DNA of 62,151 bases, counting the filler, from Dugesia japonica (taxonomy: Eukaryota), in the NCBI GenBank assembly GCA_001938525.1. It is 6 parts of 6 records of this genome, joined end to end, with 100 filler letters (N's around TTAATTAATTAA, not from the genome) between each part and the next. Parts side by side here need not be neighbours in the genome. Positions count along the whole stretch, not along the records: positions 1 to 11,980 come from MQRL01638679.1; positions 12,081 to 23,611 come from MQRL01496429.1; 4 more parts are not named here. One strand, written 5' to 3'. A program made the translations under genes and the position numbers. The notes beneath the pieces were generated by a model, which worked only from the letters and a program-made list of their open reading frames with translations, made no database searches and was not told the origin of the DNA. Shown one piece after another: positions 1 through 12,599 of the stretch (positions are counted from its first letter, which is position 1; every line of letters starts with the position of its first letter).

Positions 1-399
1 CGTATTATTTTACAAATTTTATAATTAAAATGATTTAAATTATTTAAATTTATATTATTATTCAAAAATACTTTGAATATTTCTAATTTTAATATTAAAA
101 AATTTATTTGAAATTTTTTTTATTATTTCATAGAAATATTTTTCCGGTTTCATTAAGAGAACACGGTTAGAATAATCTACTTACATTTAAACAATCTCAT
201 AATGAAAATCCTGNNNNNNNNNNNNNNNNNNNNNNNNNNNNNNNNNNNNNNNNNNNNNNNNNNNNNNNNNNNNNNNNNNNNNNNNNNNNNNNNNNNNNNN
301 NNNNNNNNNNNNNNNNNNNNNNNNNNNNNNNNNNNNNNNNNNATGTAAAAAGAAGGTTGATAGTAACGCACTATATGATCCCTCCCCCCCGAAAAGAAA

Positions 400-690
400 T
401 TTTTTTCAAGATCACTGATACAGTATACTTGCTTCTGGTTGGTCTGTGATCTAGTATACTCTATTCTGATTGGTCGAAAATTTGAAGGTTGATGTGCTAC
501 AAGGTCAAAGTGATATAGTATCATGCGTTCTGATTGGTCGAAGTGTTTTAAGGTCAACAATTACAGTATACTGGATTATGATTGGTCGAAATATTTTCAA
601 GGTCAAAGTGATATAGTATCCTTCGTTCTGATTGGTTGATGTGTTTTAAGGTCAAAATGAGATAGTATCTAGTGATCTGATTGTGGAATA
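400..690. repeat. ~50-bp tandem repeat containing CTGATTGG (reverse CCAAT box) and AAGGTCA
   Basis: About 5-6 units resembling TGATTGGTCGAAATATTTTCAAGGTCAAAGTGATATAGTATCCTTCGTTC. Confidence 0.8.
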
Positions 691-2939
691 TATCAAAATA
701 GAATGAAAGTATATCAAGATCATTTCCATTAAAACTATTGATAGGTTAATTTCAACTATCATTCGTACAGACTTTAATATTATCCTAACCCAATAATCCT
801 CGCGCGGATTTAATATTATTAATCCCTGTGCCAATTCAATATTTAAATTTCCCGTGCAGACTTAATATTTCTTGTTTTAATGTTTAATTTTTTTTGTTTA
901 AATTATTGATTTTTATGATTTGTTTAAATCTACAGATTTTTAAGCTTTTGTTTAAAATTAAGTGGTTTAATGATTTTCATGGATTTTTTAAAGAAAATCG
1001 ATGTTTAAATTTTCAAATATTGAAGTTAATTTCCCTACGACCAATATTAACATCATTATTAATCGCTTGTGGCAATATTAAGATTATATGCTTCTCATAC
1101 AATATTATTAATAATATATAAAAGTCAAATGAAAAGACTAATCAAAACATAAAATTTTGCGTTGATAAAACAGATAACCACAGTCATTATGAACAGTGGT
1201 TTATATCTGGATCTTAATTGTAAATTAGATTTTTATAATACAAATTAATTAGTTTAAATAACAAATTAAATTACCGGTAAATGTGTTTCTTTATAATAAT
1301 TAAATTATATCATTAAGTTAAATCACTGAGTTCAATTAAAATCATTAAATTAAGTAAAAATCTTTAAAATTTGATAATATTATGTAAAGTTTAAATTATT
1401 AAAATAAAAATTATAATTATAGTTAACTTAACTATGTAAATCAAATCATTAGAATAACCATTACAATGAAAATAACTTAATAATACATTAAAAATATTTG
1501 AATTATTTTTATTTATATCTAAAATTTAAAAAAATCATTAAAATAAATTGACGAACAAATTGTCACTTACTTTGTAATTGAATTATGAAATAATGAGTAA
1601 TTATAGATTTTTCAAGGTCATCTACCATTTTATTTTTTTAACTCAGTTAAAGAAAAATAAATAAATAATTTCTATATAATAATAATAAATTATCAGTCAT
1701 TTAATTTACCTAAACAAAAATTAATTTAATATTAATTTAAAATTTATTAATTAAAAACTTATTAGTTAAAATGCTATGAACTTTAAAAATATTTTCAAAC
1801 CAATAAAATCTTATAAAACTCTTTAGGAATATATAAAACTATATAGATAACCTATAAAATCCAATAATATTCTTAAGAAACCTTATTAAAACTTTAATTC
1901 ATCGTGCATTTTTATTGTTTCCATTGCATTCATGTTGCACATATATGACTCATTTTCTATGTTTAATAGAATTTTCTTTATTATAATTTCATTCGTGTTG
2001 CATTGTCTTTTTATACATTACGTTCATTTTAATAGGGGAACATAATAACATGTCAGTCCCCCTGTGAAAATAAAATAATTTTTTTTGTTTTGTTTTAATT
2101 ACTGGGTGATTTTTGTGGTATTTTAAAATTTCTTTTACTTTTATGTTTTTAGGTGAAATTTATTTTATTTTTTTAAAATTTTATTTGTTTATTTATTTTT
2201 TCTGTTTTTTTTGAATTTTTTTGGGAGGATATTTCTATGCAATATTAGAAATATTTTGTCGATTTCTATGTAATTTTTGAAATATTTCAACGACATCTAA
2301 GTAATAAAATTTAAATATCTTTGTAAGTTAACACACAAAAGACTATTATGAGAAAATTTTATTTAAATCACATACATGTTCTTTATTACACACTTAAAAA
2401 TTCAATCAATAACAGTCATTTCTTTATCATTTATTTCATCATTGGACTGTTAATCAGTCATTTCCTCACCAAGCATATCCTTTTTTACTTGTATCAGACA
2501 TTACTTCACCAGAAATATCATCATTTGGAGGCATATCAATTATCTCCTCATCAATAATGACATAATTTGTTTGTGCCTCAATCATTTTCTCGGTAATAAT
2601 ATCATCATTTGGTTGAGTATCGTTCATCTCTTCCTCTGTTGATGCATCTATTTGATCTATGCTTACATCATTTTCTAGAAAATCATCTACTATTAAATAA
2701 TAATTTTTTAGATTAATATTTGTTATTATTATTTCCTTGATCCGATCAAGTTATATGTTCAATAATATCGTCTATAATATTATACAAATGCATTACTAAT
2801 CGGTTGTTAAGTTTCTATCGGTGTTTTGTTTATCTTACATTTTCATTTTTTAACATGTATTTATGATGCACACATGAATTAATATTTATAAAATTTTAAC
2901 ATTCCCCCGGGAACCTTTAATATTAATATTTTAAATAGA

Positions 2940-3660
2940 TGAGTATATTTGCTGTATAATGTGTATTATATGACTATATTGGGTTTATTGTAAGTATTTA
3001 CCTGTATGTATAGGGTTTATTGTATCTTTTAACTATTTTAATTTATGAATTTATATGAATTTAATGTTATTAGGTTTATTGTGAATGTATTATATGAAAT
3101 TATTAGAATTTTTGCATGTATTATACGACTATATTGAGTTAATTGTATGTATTAAAGGACTATATTGAGTTTACTATGTAGTTATTACTCTATAGGAATT
3201 ATCGTATGAAATTAAGAAACTCTATGTGTGTGTATTATATAAATCTATAAGGTTTATAATGTGTGTTATATCCATTGGGTTTATTATGTGTATAATACCC
3301 ATTGATTTCATGTGTGTATAAAGTCCATTAAGTTTTCTGTATATAAGACATTAGGTTTTTATAAGATCAATTGATTTACTGTGTTTAAGACTATATTAGA
3401 TTATTTGTGTGCATTTAATGACTCTATTAGTTAATTTTGTGTATTATATGTATTAATGGGTGTATTTTTTGTATTAAATACCTCTATTAGGTTTCTTGTA
3501 TGTATTATATGACTTTATATGGTTTAATATATGAATCTAATTACTTTATTGAGTGTATAATATTCATTGGTTTACTGTGTAAAAGACTCGATTAGTTTAC
3601 TGTGTATTAAGCTCAATTGGGTGTTTTGTTAGACTCTATTGACATCTATATTAGGTTCAA
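2940..3660. repeat. Degenerate ~28-30 bp minisatellite
   Basis: Recurrent units resembling TATATGACTCTATTAGGTTTATTGTGTG. Confidence 0.7.
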
Positions 3661-4069
3661 AAATATAACATAGAAAGCCACGTAATTTCGAAACATTTGA
3701 TTAATAAGCTCATATAAAGCACTATAATAACCATATAAATCTTTTAAAGAACAATAAAATTTTCCAGATAATCACCTTATTAAACCCAATAATTATCTTA
3801 AAAAACCATATAGAAAACATAATGAATTTTGTATAATATTTTTAATGAAATTTATATGTAAATCTATGAAACTTTGTATGAACTTTGCTTATTTTATTAA
3901 TACAATGATATGTAAATTGTATATGTTAGACGTATTATTAAGTATATGAATGTAATGAATACATTTAATGTATAGGTCTCTTTGAATTATTTGCGTTTAA
4001 ATGATGTAATTATTGAATGTATACTGTTGATTGTTTCATTGAGTTTATTTGCTTTATTGCATCATTTTC

Positions 4070-4350
4070 ATAACTTTAGTAAGTTTTTCAGGAACAGAGT
4101 AAATATTTAAATATAATTACCAGATCTCTGGCAACTTTTTTGAAGTATTTTAAGCACCTCTAGTAACTTTTTGATATATTTTAGGGACATCTAGTAAATT
4201 TTGAGTTATTTTTCTTATGTTTTATATGGGATTTTGAAATCGTTTGCGACATCTAGTAACGTTTTGAAAAAGTACCTGAACACTAGTAACTTTTTTGAAA
4301 TAGTAACATGATCTGTGGTAAAATATTTGAAATAATTACATGAAATCTAT
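4070..4350. repeat. Degenerate ~30-bp tandem repeat; related copy near 2200-2330
   Basis: Recurrent units resembling ACATCTAGTAACTTTTTGAAATATTT. Confidence 0.65.
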
Positions 4351-4459
4351 GTAATTTTAAAACAATTACTCTATAAAGCCCTATAATTATCTTGTTAAAC
4401 ATATAGTTACCATATAATACCCTATAAAAGCATAAAAAGAACATATAAAAATCTATAAA

Positions 4460-6381
4460 AAGTCTTTTCGTTACTGCATTCAATTGTCTTAAATCTAAGC
4501 ATATTCTTATGTCTTTCTTTTCTTTTTTCCAAACACATATCAGTGGGCTATTCCATGGAGAGTTGCATTTTCGGATAATATTATTCTCGAAAAGATTTTG
4601 GATAGCTTCTTAAATTTTATATTCTAAATTCATTGGTTGCCTATAGGGTTTTACATTGATTGGTTCACCACTTGTGATTATTTTGTGTCTTGTCAGATAT
4701 GTGCATCACACATCCCATTTATCTGTAATAAAAGCATCTCCTTTACTTTCAATTATTTTCAATAACCGTTGGTTCTTTTTAATTATCAAAATATTTAAAG
4801 CTCTTGTCAATCGCTCTCCATTTTAAATTTGCCTTCCGAATTTCGCTTCAATATTACAAATGTAATTTTCGACTTTTTCATCCGTTTTGCTATCAAGCTT
4901 TCACATAAGCTGGTATCCAAATATCTTCTGCATATCTATTCCTCCTATCAGATCTAGTGTTACTTTTTCAGCACCTAAGAAAGTAATCTCTTTTGCAAAC
5001 TTCATCAATTATCACTCCGGTTCTAACTTTCCCCACAATTTCAAGTGTTCTAGTATTTGCACAACGCAATCTTTTATCACTCATTTCTAAATTTCCTTCT
5101 CGTAATTTATTAAAACAATTCAAACTCATCACGTTAATTCGAGCTCCTGTATCTAATAGACATTTGAATTTATTTCCCTCTTTAAGAACCTGTATACCTT
5201 TTCTGTAACTTTTCCTATATCATTCCACTTTTCGACCCATTGAGGATAATTACTAACTTCGTTTAACAATAGATGGCTCCAACCAACTTATCTACTGGTA
5301 GAGTCCTGCCTTTTGCTTACTTCCTTTCGGAATCCTTTCATATGTTTCCTCATATCCATCGTTTGTACTGAAATCTTCATCTTCAATCGCATGTACTCGA
5401 TTATATCAATTTCTTGACCTTTCTGCATTCATAAATTTCTCACTTGTTCTTTTCGCTTTCAAATTTGTGTAGCACTCTTCTGCTCTATGTCCACCAATAC
5501 CACATCGTTTACACCTCACTTCTTGACATAACCTTCTAATATGGCCAATCTTTCTACAACCAAAACATTTTGTTCGTTTTTTGTTTGGTCAATCTCGACT
5601 TATATGTCCTGTTTTATGACAACTCCAGCCTCTACCACTTTTTTGTCAGACAATTTGCTTTAGTATGACCGATCTTATTACATAACCAACATTCAATATT
5701 TTGTTTTTCCTTTCTTTGCTTTACATGCTTATTGACTGTATGATTTACAGGTTTCTGATAATTTCGATTTCTAACTCTCGCGTAACTTCTACCTGCATCA
5801 ACTCGAGCTCTGCTTTTCTCTACTTTATCTACTAACGTCTTTGTTTCTTCGATTTCTTCTTTATTCTCTCGTTTCCTCAAAGTTACTTCTTCTTCAACTT
5901 TTTTTTATCTGAACAATATACTAGCATATACTACCATTTTTTCTTCAGTAAAATCTTTATTTGTAAAAACTCTTTTTACTAAATCTTTTACATTTTTAAA
6001 ATAAACTTGAATCTTTACATTTCCACGCCTGTAGTTAATTAAATTTTGAAAATCATTGATAACATCTTTCTCTTTCTCAAATGCCATACTTAAACGAGCC
6101 TGAAAACCTGCAACNNNNNNNNNNNNNNNNNNNNNNNNNNNNNNNNNNNNNNNNNNNNNNNNNNNNNNNNNNNNNNNNNNNNNNNNNNNNNNNNNNNNNN
6201 NNNNNNNNNNNNNNNNNNNNAATTCACACCTTTTGATGAATTTCTCAATATCATCTCCTCTGCAGAATATCTTTGGTGATAACCTCTCAGTAATAGAATC
6301 GTTATTTACCGCTTCCAGCATGTTAGGTAAATCTTTGATTGTTAATTCATTTTGCAAATCAGAATTCATATTGTTAGACAT
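4460..6381 (-). mobile_element. Ty3/Gypsy LTR retrotransposon remnant: gag with four CCHC knuckles, protease and start of RT
   Basis: gag ORF 5905-6381; knuckles CWLCNKIGHTKANC, (G)WSCHKTGHISRD, CFGCRKIGHIRRLC, CKRCGIGGHRAEEC; protease CLLDTGARINV near 5130-5165; RT start SPWNSPLICVWKK...IRICLDLRQLNAVT; stops and frameshifts present. Confidence 0.9.
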
Positions 6382-7129
6382 TTTATATTTTACTACTACA
6401 AACTATACTTAATAAGAGAAATGATTNNNNNNNNNNNNNNNNNNNNTCCTTATCCAGAATTAACTCAATTTCTATTGCTTATATTGCTGCATATTATATT
6501 GTTGCATATTCTTTGTTTCACTTGCACATGCTCTTTGTTATAGTTGCACTCGTGTTGCCCTTGTTTCTTGCATTAGTGTTGTACATTTATGATTCATACT
6601 TTTTCTAAACAGGTATTTGTGTATGTATTAGTCCATTATGTGTGTATTGATTTATTATGTATGTATTAGACTTAATATATGTTGAGTTTATTATGTTTAT
6701 TAGATTTTATCAAGTTTAAATACTATAAAAACCTTATAATATCTTAAAACCTTATGAACCTCATAAAACAAAAACTGCTTTGGTTGAAAGATGAAGACGA
6801 GGGACAAGTGATGATGAAAAGGTTAAATAATTCCTGTGTAAAGGTGCTTATGTGTGCAAAAATAATTTTTTAAAAATGAAAATCGCGACAGAATGGGTGA
6901 CGGGTATAACTTTTGGGTTTCGTAGGTATATTTGAGTTTGCCTACACAATCGGTCTATAGGTTGCCAAAGCTAACTATGAGCTAAAAGGTTTGTGCGTTG
7001 CATGAATGCAGCTTTTGTGTTGCAAAAATGACTTTCAAGTATATTTAATGGTTTATGAGCTTAAAAGTATAAATATTCAAATTAAAACGTTTCTTTACAA
7101 GATGATAAAAACAGAACTTTTTTCTTAAG

Positions 7130-7335
7130 AAACATATTAGCTAGAAGAATTTCTATAAAAAACATTGGTGTTGCAATTTTCTTATAAAATACATAAAAGT
7201 GATGCAATTTATAATAAAAAATCTCATTAGTGATGAAATTTGTAATAAAAACCTCATTAATGGTGCAATTTTTAATATAGAAAATCTCATTAGTGATACA
7301 AGTTTTCTATAAAAAACAAATTAGCTGAGAACATT
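7130..7335. repeat. ~30-bp tandem repeat
   Basis: Units resembling AAAAATCTCATTAGTGATGCAATTT. Confidence 0.65.
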
Positions 7336-7439
7336 TCTTTACAAAATAATAAAAACATAAAACATTTTTCAAAAAAAAATCATAACTTCATGGAACCTTT
7401 CCATGTATAACTTATAATTCTATATAAAAATTTATAAGA

Positions 7440-8070
7440 AAATATTTTTATGATTGTATAGGGTTAATGAGTATATATAGTTTATGAGTGTATTATTTAC
7501 AAAGCAACCATGTATTATAATGATTATGAGTGTATTATTTACATATGTTAATGAGAAAATAGGTTTTATGAGTATAATATTTTCATAGTTTCCGTATATT
7601 ATTTACATAGTTACCCTGTATTATAGGGTTTAGGAGTATATTAATTACATTGTTACCTTGTTTTATTTACATAGCAACCGTGTATTATAAGGATTATGAG
7701 TNNNNNNNNNNNNNNNNNNNNNNNNNNNNNNNNNNNNNNNNNNNTGTATTATAAGGATTATGAGTGTGGGACATTTTCATATAAAAAACTTAAAATTATT
7801 ATATACATATCTAATACTTAAGTAATTTTATAAGTGTATAAGGTTTATGAGTGCATTATTTATATATTAACCGTGTAAAATAAGGCTTACGAGTTTGTTG
7901 TTTACATAGTCACCCTGTAATATAAGGTTTACGAGTATATTATTTGCTTAGTTAACATATAATATTTATATAACAACCGTTTAATATATAATTTTTGTGT
8001 GCATTATTTACATATTAACTGTGTAATATAAGGTTGACAAGTTTATTATTTACAAAGTTAACTTGAACTT
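7440..8070 (+). repeat. Left arm of a long, internally repetitive inverted repeat (~41-bp minisatellite units)
   Basis: Units resembling TTATTTACATAGTAACCATGTATTATAAGGTTTATGAGT, plus a unique block (GAGTGTGGGACATTTTCATATAAA, ~7762-7860) mirrored at ~11870-11980. Confidence 0.8.
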
Positions 8071-8084
8071 AAGAAAAATTACAA

Positions 8085-8730
8085 CGAACAACAGTTTATA
8101 TGAGAATTCGATTAAAGTTTAAGGAAAAGTATAGATTTGTGATTATGTTATACTAGTAAAAAGCTAGTAACATAAACCCAGCTTCCGGAAATCATTCAAC
8201 ATTGCAGAAAACCTGATAGGAGCTTTAATAAATAGGAGTCAGTATGTTTAGATCTTCCAAGCTAAATTGGTCAATCTGTACTTGATTTGAGCAAATTACG
8301 AATGTACTAGCTGCAGTACATCAAGTAAGAAGTACAGAAAAGTAGAAAAATGTAGTATTAATTTTGTAGCTGGTGATACTGACAGCAATATNTTTCTAGA
8401 TTTGGTGGATATAAGTATAGGAAAACTGACAGGATTGATGAAGAAAGACGTATTATTAGATACTTTTAACCATAGTAATACATTCAAATCTATCATTGGT
8501 GACTGAAAAAATGAGGATAAGGAAAAGAAGTATTTAGAATGAAGATTCTTACGTCCAAAATTTACAGGTTGCTTTCTGAGAAAGAAACAATGAAAGCAAA
8601 AGACTTATTTTTGAAAAATAACTGCATCAACCATCAAACATATGTTGACTGCTATAATAATTATGAAAAGATCTCAGTCAAACCATTTTGAGTTGTTTTT
8701 AAGAATCATCAACTGTTTAGGTCCAACAAT
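8085..8730 (+). pseudogene. Polinton/Maverick protein-primed DNA polymerase B, C-terminal fragment
   Basis: IGQSVLDLSKLRMY*LQY, catalytic motif AGDTDS (~8370-8387), RFLRPKF, KAK and FKNHQLF; several stops; homologous to the 24234-24512 ORF. Confidence 0.85.
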
Positions 8731-8841
8731 GTGATAATCTGTATCATTTCTTAATTTCTCCATTTCGTGTTTCTTTGATTGATTCATAATTTAATACATT
8801 GTTTTAACTGATCAATTAAATTAACTTCATAAAAAACCCCA

Positions 8842-9273
8842 ATGTTCGTCATAAATTCATTAATTATATTAACCAATATTAATTACAGAGGTAAAATGTC
8901 GCAAGCAGTAACAAAGAAAATGAGCTTTCCTACAGGCAAACCATGCCAATTCTAAGTCAAAAGCGAGAAATATAAAATTATTTACTTCATATCAGGGAAA
9001 TGTAGAATAATAAGTTACAAGAAACCATTGGAACTGCAAGATTTGAACCCCTTTGGTATAAAAAATTTACAATTAGAATCGCTAACAATTGTCATAAATA
9101 TGGGAGTTTCAATAAATCTGTATAAATTATCAAGAATAGTAAACTGTTGGTTCGAACCAGAGTTATTTCCTGCTCAAAGACTTGTAAAAGATGACCCTTT
9201 ATGTGTAAATGTGTTCTCAAAGAGAAAACTAGTGATACTAGGGCTTAAAAATTTGTATTTTCAGGATTTGTGA
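8842..9273 (+). pseudogene. Minimal intronless TATA-binding-protein-like gene (~143 codons, one internal stop at 8953-8955)
   Basis: ATG 8842 is in frame with ORF 9028-9273. Repeat 1: LTNINY...IIYFISGKCRII. Repeat 2: INLYKLS...FEPELFPAQRL...VNVFSKRKLVILGLK, which matches the TBP consensus YEPELFPGLIYR...LIFVSGKVVLTGAK. Confidence 0.8.
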
Positions 9274-9429
9274 ATAACATTATTTCAGATTTGTTTAAAT
9301 TGCTAGTAAAAATTTAGAAAATTCGCAACATGGATTCAAACCAAGTACAATTCAAGTACAAAAAATATCAATTTAAATTTAGATATTTAAATTTCAAATA
9401 ATTAATATATTACGTTGTGGTTTTTTATT

Positions 9430-9800
9430 ATGCATATATACAATCCCGTCCATATGTTTTGGACCACCCTGTAAAAATGCAAAAAATTGTAGATTTTAAG
9501 ATTTTAACTATTTTAATTTAGAAATGTGTTGATGTTAGCTTTATATTTCATTAAAAAATTATTTACAAAAATTATTTTATAATTATTAAAATAGATTTGT
9601 TATGTTAATGCGTTATTTTGATGTTATTTACATATATTAACTATTATAATGAATAAATTAAATTTTTAAGTAAAATCTATAAGTACAACATTGTGCTAAT
9701 GATTAAGTAATATATTTTTTTACTTTTCGAAATTCATATGTTAAATATGGCAGAGATATCAATAGATATTAGGAATTTAGTCATTAAAAAACAATTATGA
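9430..9800. mobile_element. Possible Tc1-like remnant
   Basis: TIR-like ...TTTTGGACCACCCTGTA near 9457-9473, and MAEISIDIRNLVIKK near 9747 resembling a Tc1 transposase N-terminus. Confidence 0.35.
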
Positions 9801-11619
9801 AATACAAGTATTTAAATATTAATATTTAGATATTTTTATTCCCTTTGGGTGAGATTATTAATTAATAATTATTTCCTCATAATATATATATTGCATTTCA
9901 TTAATATTTCTTGTAATTTTAATAATTAATTCATCAAATACGGGGAAAATGAAGAAAATGGAAGAGCAAATTTAATAAAAGAGGTTTGAATTTTATTAAT
10001 AAATTTAATTTAGGAATGCTTACAGATATATGTGAAGAACAGAAATTTTTGAACGAAGAAAGAAAACCGATGCTCCCGGACTATATTGTTAACCAGTATA
10101 TAGATGCTGAATTTTGCGAATCTGATTGTATCAGGTGCGCAAAGTTTAATCTAATGGTCTCTATGGAAATGCATCTTTTTAATAAAATTAACAAGATTTA
10201 TTGCGTAAATATTTATTTCAATAAAACAACTCCAAGTTAACAATAAGTAAACAAATTTAGATTTTCTTTGCAATATTTTTGACTTTTCATATAACTCCTA
10301 CCGAATTAATTGATTTCTTATAGCCTTTAATCTCCCCTTGAATCATCGATTGGTTGTTGTCTTTATATTGTTTTTCGTCTCTTTCCTTAAAACCTATATG
10401 AATAGTGTCATATACTCCAATTTGCCTGCTTAATATTGCAAACAGAGCTTCCACTATGTTTCCATCCTTCTCATGAATTCCAAATAGAAAGAGATTAAAT
10501 TTAGATATTTTTATTGAAACTGGTTTCTAAAATAAAATATTAATTTATAAAATGTAATAAAAATAATTACATTTTACATATAAATAATTAAATAATAAAT
10601 AATCAGAATCTTTAAAAAGAACAACTTGTAATTGAGGAAATCGGTAATTTTCCATAGTTCCACAGTTATTGTTGACAAGTTTTCCTTAGTGAGTGGTTTT
10701 ACTTGCATTTTTGAGTTGTAAAAGTGATTAATGTTATGTAAACATTTGGTTATATACTAGCTGCAATACACACATACTTGTTATTTGTGAGTTCCTATTG
10801 GTAATTATTTGCTATCATTGATATAATTTGTTACTATTTCTTTTAACTGTTGCGATTAGTTAATATAAAATTAATATGATTTGATAATATTTGTTTTTTA
10901 ATTGGTTACCGGGCTTATATAAACATGACTTGGTTTTCATAATAAATTTACATTCTACAGAAGGAAAATGAATTTCTTTAAAAATTTCGTTGAAAATCCT
11001 TATCAAAATGTATAAGTTATTAAACATATTGTTAAACAGGAAATATTAGTAAATATAATTACCATTATTGATAACTAATCCATGAATATTAATGAAGAAA
11101 TAGAAGAAACAATCATTCAAGATGAAAAAAACCAGATGATGAAAATATAGATGACGCATGTATAAAAAATACCAATATTTTTATGGTAAGAGTTTTATTT
11201 ATTTATCCAACCTTATTAAATTTCTTTTCTAGAATTAGCGAAGCAGATATTAAATGAAAGGTTTCCAGAATTTCTTAATGACTGTATACTGGTGACTATG
11301 GAGTAATATTTTGATTATTTATTGCGAACAACAGCAATTGACATTGATCTTATTATGAACGATTACATATTGTAACTTCAATTGGATTTGCTATGCAATT
11401 TAAACAAGACACTTTACGACATAATGAAGGAACATATTCTAAAGATGGCTAAAGAATTTGAAAACTAATGTACTAATGTGCTAACAATAAATGTTTTATT
11501 GGATAGTTGTTTTGTCTTATTTACTTTTTAGTAGTAAATTAATGAATGTAACAGGTATGAAATAGGAATGCAACATATATTCACTGAGAATCATTTGCCG
11601 GGGAATTCTTATGATAATT

Positions 11620-11980
11620 ACAATATGCATGCAATTTATATGACTATCTCTATTACATGGCTACTATATAATTAATACCAGGTAACTATGCAAATAAACA
11701 ATACATTATATGATTACTATGTAAATAATACACTATTAAACCATATAACACATGGTTACTATGTAAAAACTACAAGGTAACTATACAAATAATATACTCG
11801 TAAACCTTATTTTACATGGTTAATATGTAAATAATATACTAATAAACCCTATAACACAGAGTTACTATGAAAATAATATACTCACAAACCTTATACATTC
11901 ATAAAAATACTTACTTATAAGGTATATTTACAGTAATTTTAAGTTATTTATATGAAAATGTTCCACACTCATAATCCTTA
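11620..11980 (-). repeat. Right arm of the long inverted repeat, truncated by the contig end
   Basis: Reverse complement reads TAAGGATTATGAGTGTGGAACATTTTCATATAAATAACTTAAAATT..., matching ~7752-7860, followed by the same 41-bp units. Confidence 0.8.
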
Positions 11981-12080
11981 NNNNNNNNNNNNNNNNNNNN
12001 NNNNNNNNNNNNNNNNNNNNNNNNTTAATTAATTAANNNNNNNNNNNNNNNNNNNNNNNNNNNNNNNNNNNNNNNNNNNN
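11981..12080. other. Artificial contig linker (44 N + TTAATTAATTAA + 44 N)
   Basis: 100-bp spacer whose core (12025-12036) gives stop codons in all six frames; the same spacer occurs five times. Confidence 0.95.
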
Positions 12081-12118
<38 letters not shown>

Positions 12119-12496
12119 CAATAGTAATAATAATAAATAGTAATAATAATAAATTAATAATAATAATAAATCAATAATAATTACCNNNNNNNNNNNNNNN
12201 NNNNNNNNNNNNNNNNNNNNNNNNNNNNNNNNNNNNNNNNNNNNNNNNNNNNNNNNNNNNNNNNNNNNNNNNNNNNNNNNNNNNNNNNNNNNNNNNNNNN
12301 NNNNNNNNNNNNNNNNNNNNNNATAATAATTAAATAATAATAATAATAATAAATCAATACTAATAAATCAATACTAATAAATCAATAATAATTACCAATA
12401 ATAATAATCAATAATAATAACAATCAATAATAATAAATAAATAATAATCAATAATAATAATAATCAATAATATTAATAATATTAAATCAATAATAT
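12081..12496. repeat. (AAT)n microsatellite
   Basis: Long imperfect AAT array interrupted by N. Confidence 0.95.
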
Positions 12497-12599
12497 TTGT
12501 AGTCTGTAAATAATTGAGTAACAGCTGTTGTTTATATAAGTTTTGATATTTAATGATGATATTTAAGAGTTTAATTGTTCATTTCCAGAGGGTCCTGAT

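Noticed and set aside
400-690. Possible CRISPR-like array
   Set aside because: Whole units are similar with no unique spacers; eukaryotic context and no cas genes
894-2557. Short hydrophobic F/I/L/N/K-rich ORFs (also 14529, 22331, 30273, 57858, 60497)
   Set aside because: Expected by chance in very AT-rich DNA; no motifs or splice support
12025-12036. TTAATTAATTAA palindrome recurring about every 10 kb
   Set aside because: Always centred in 44+44 N; an artificial six-frame-stop linker, not biology
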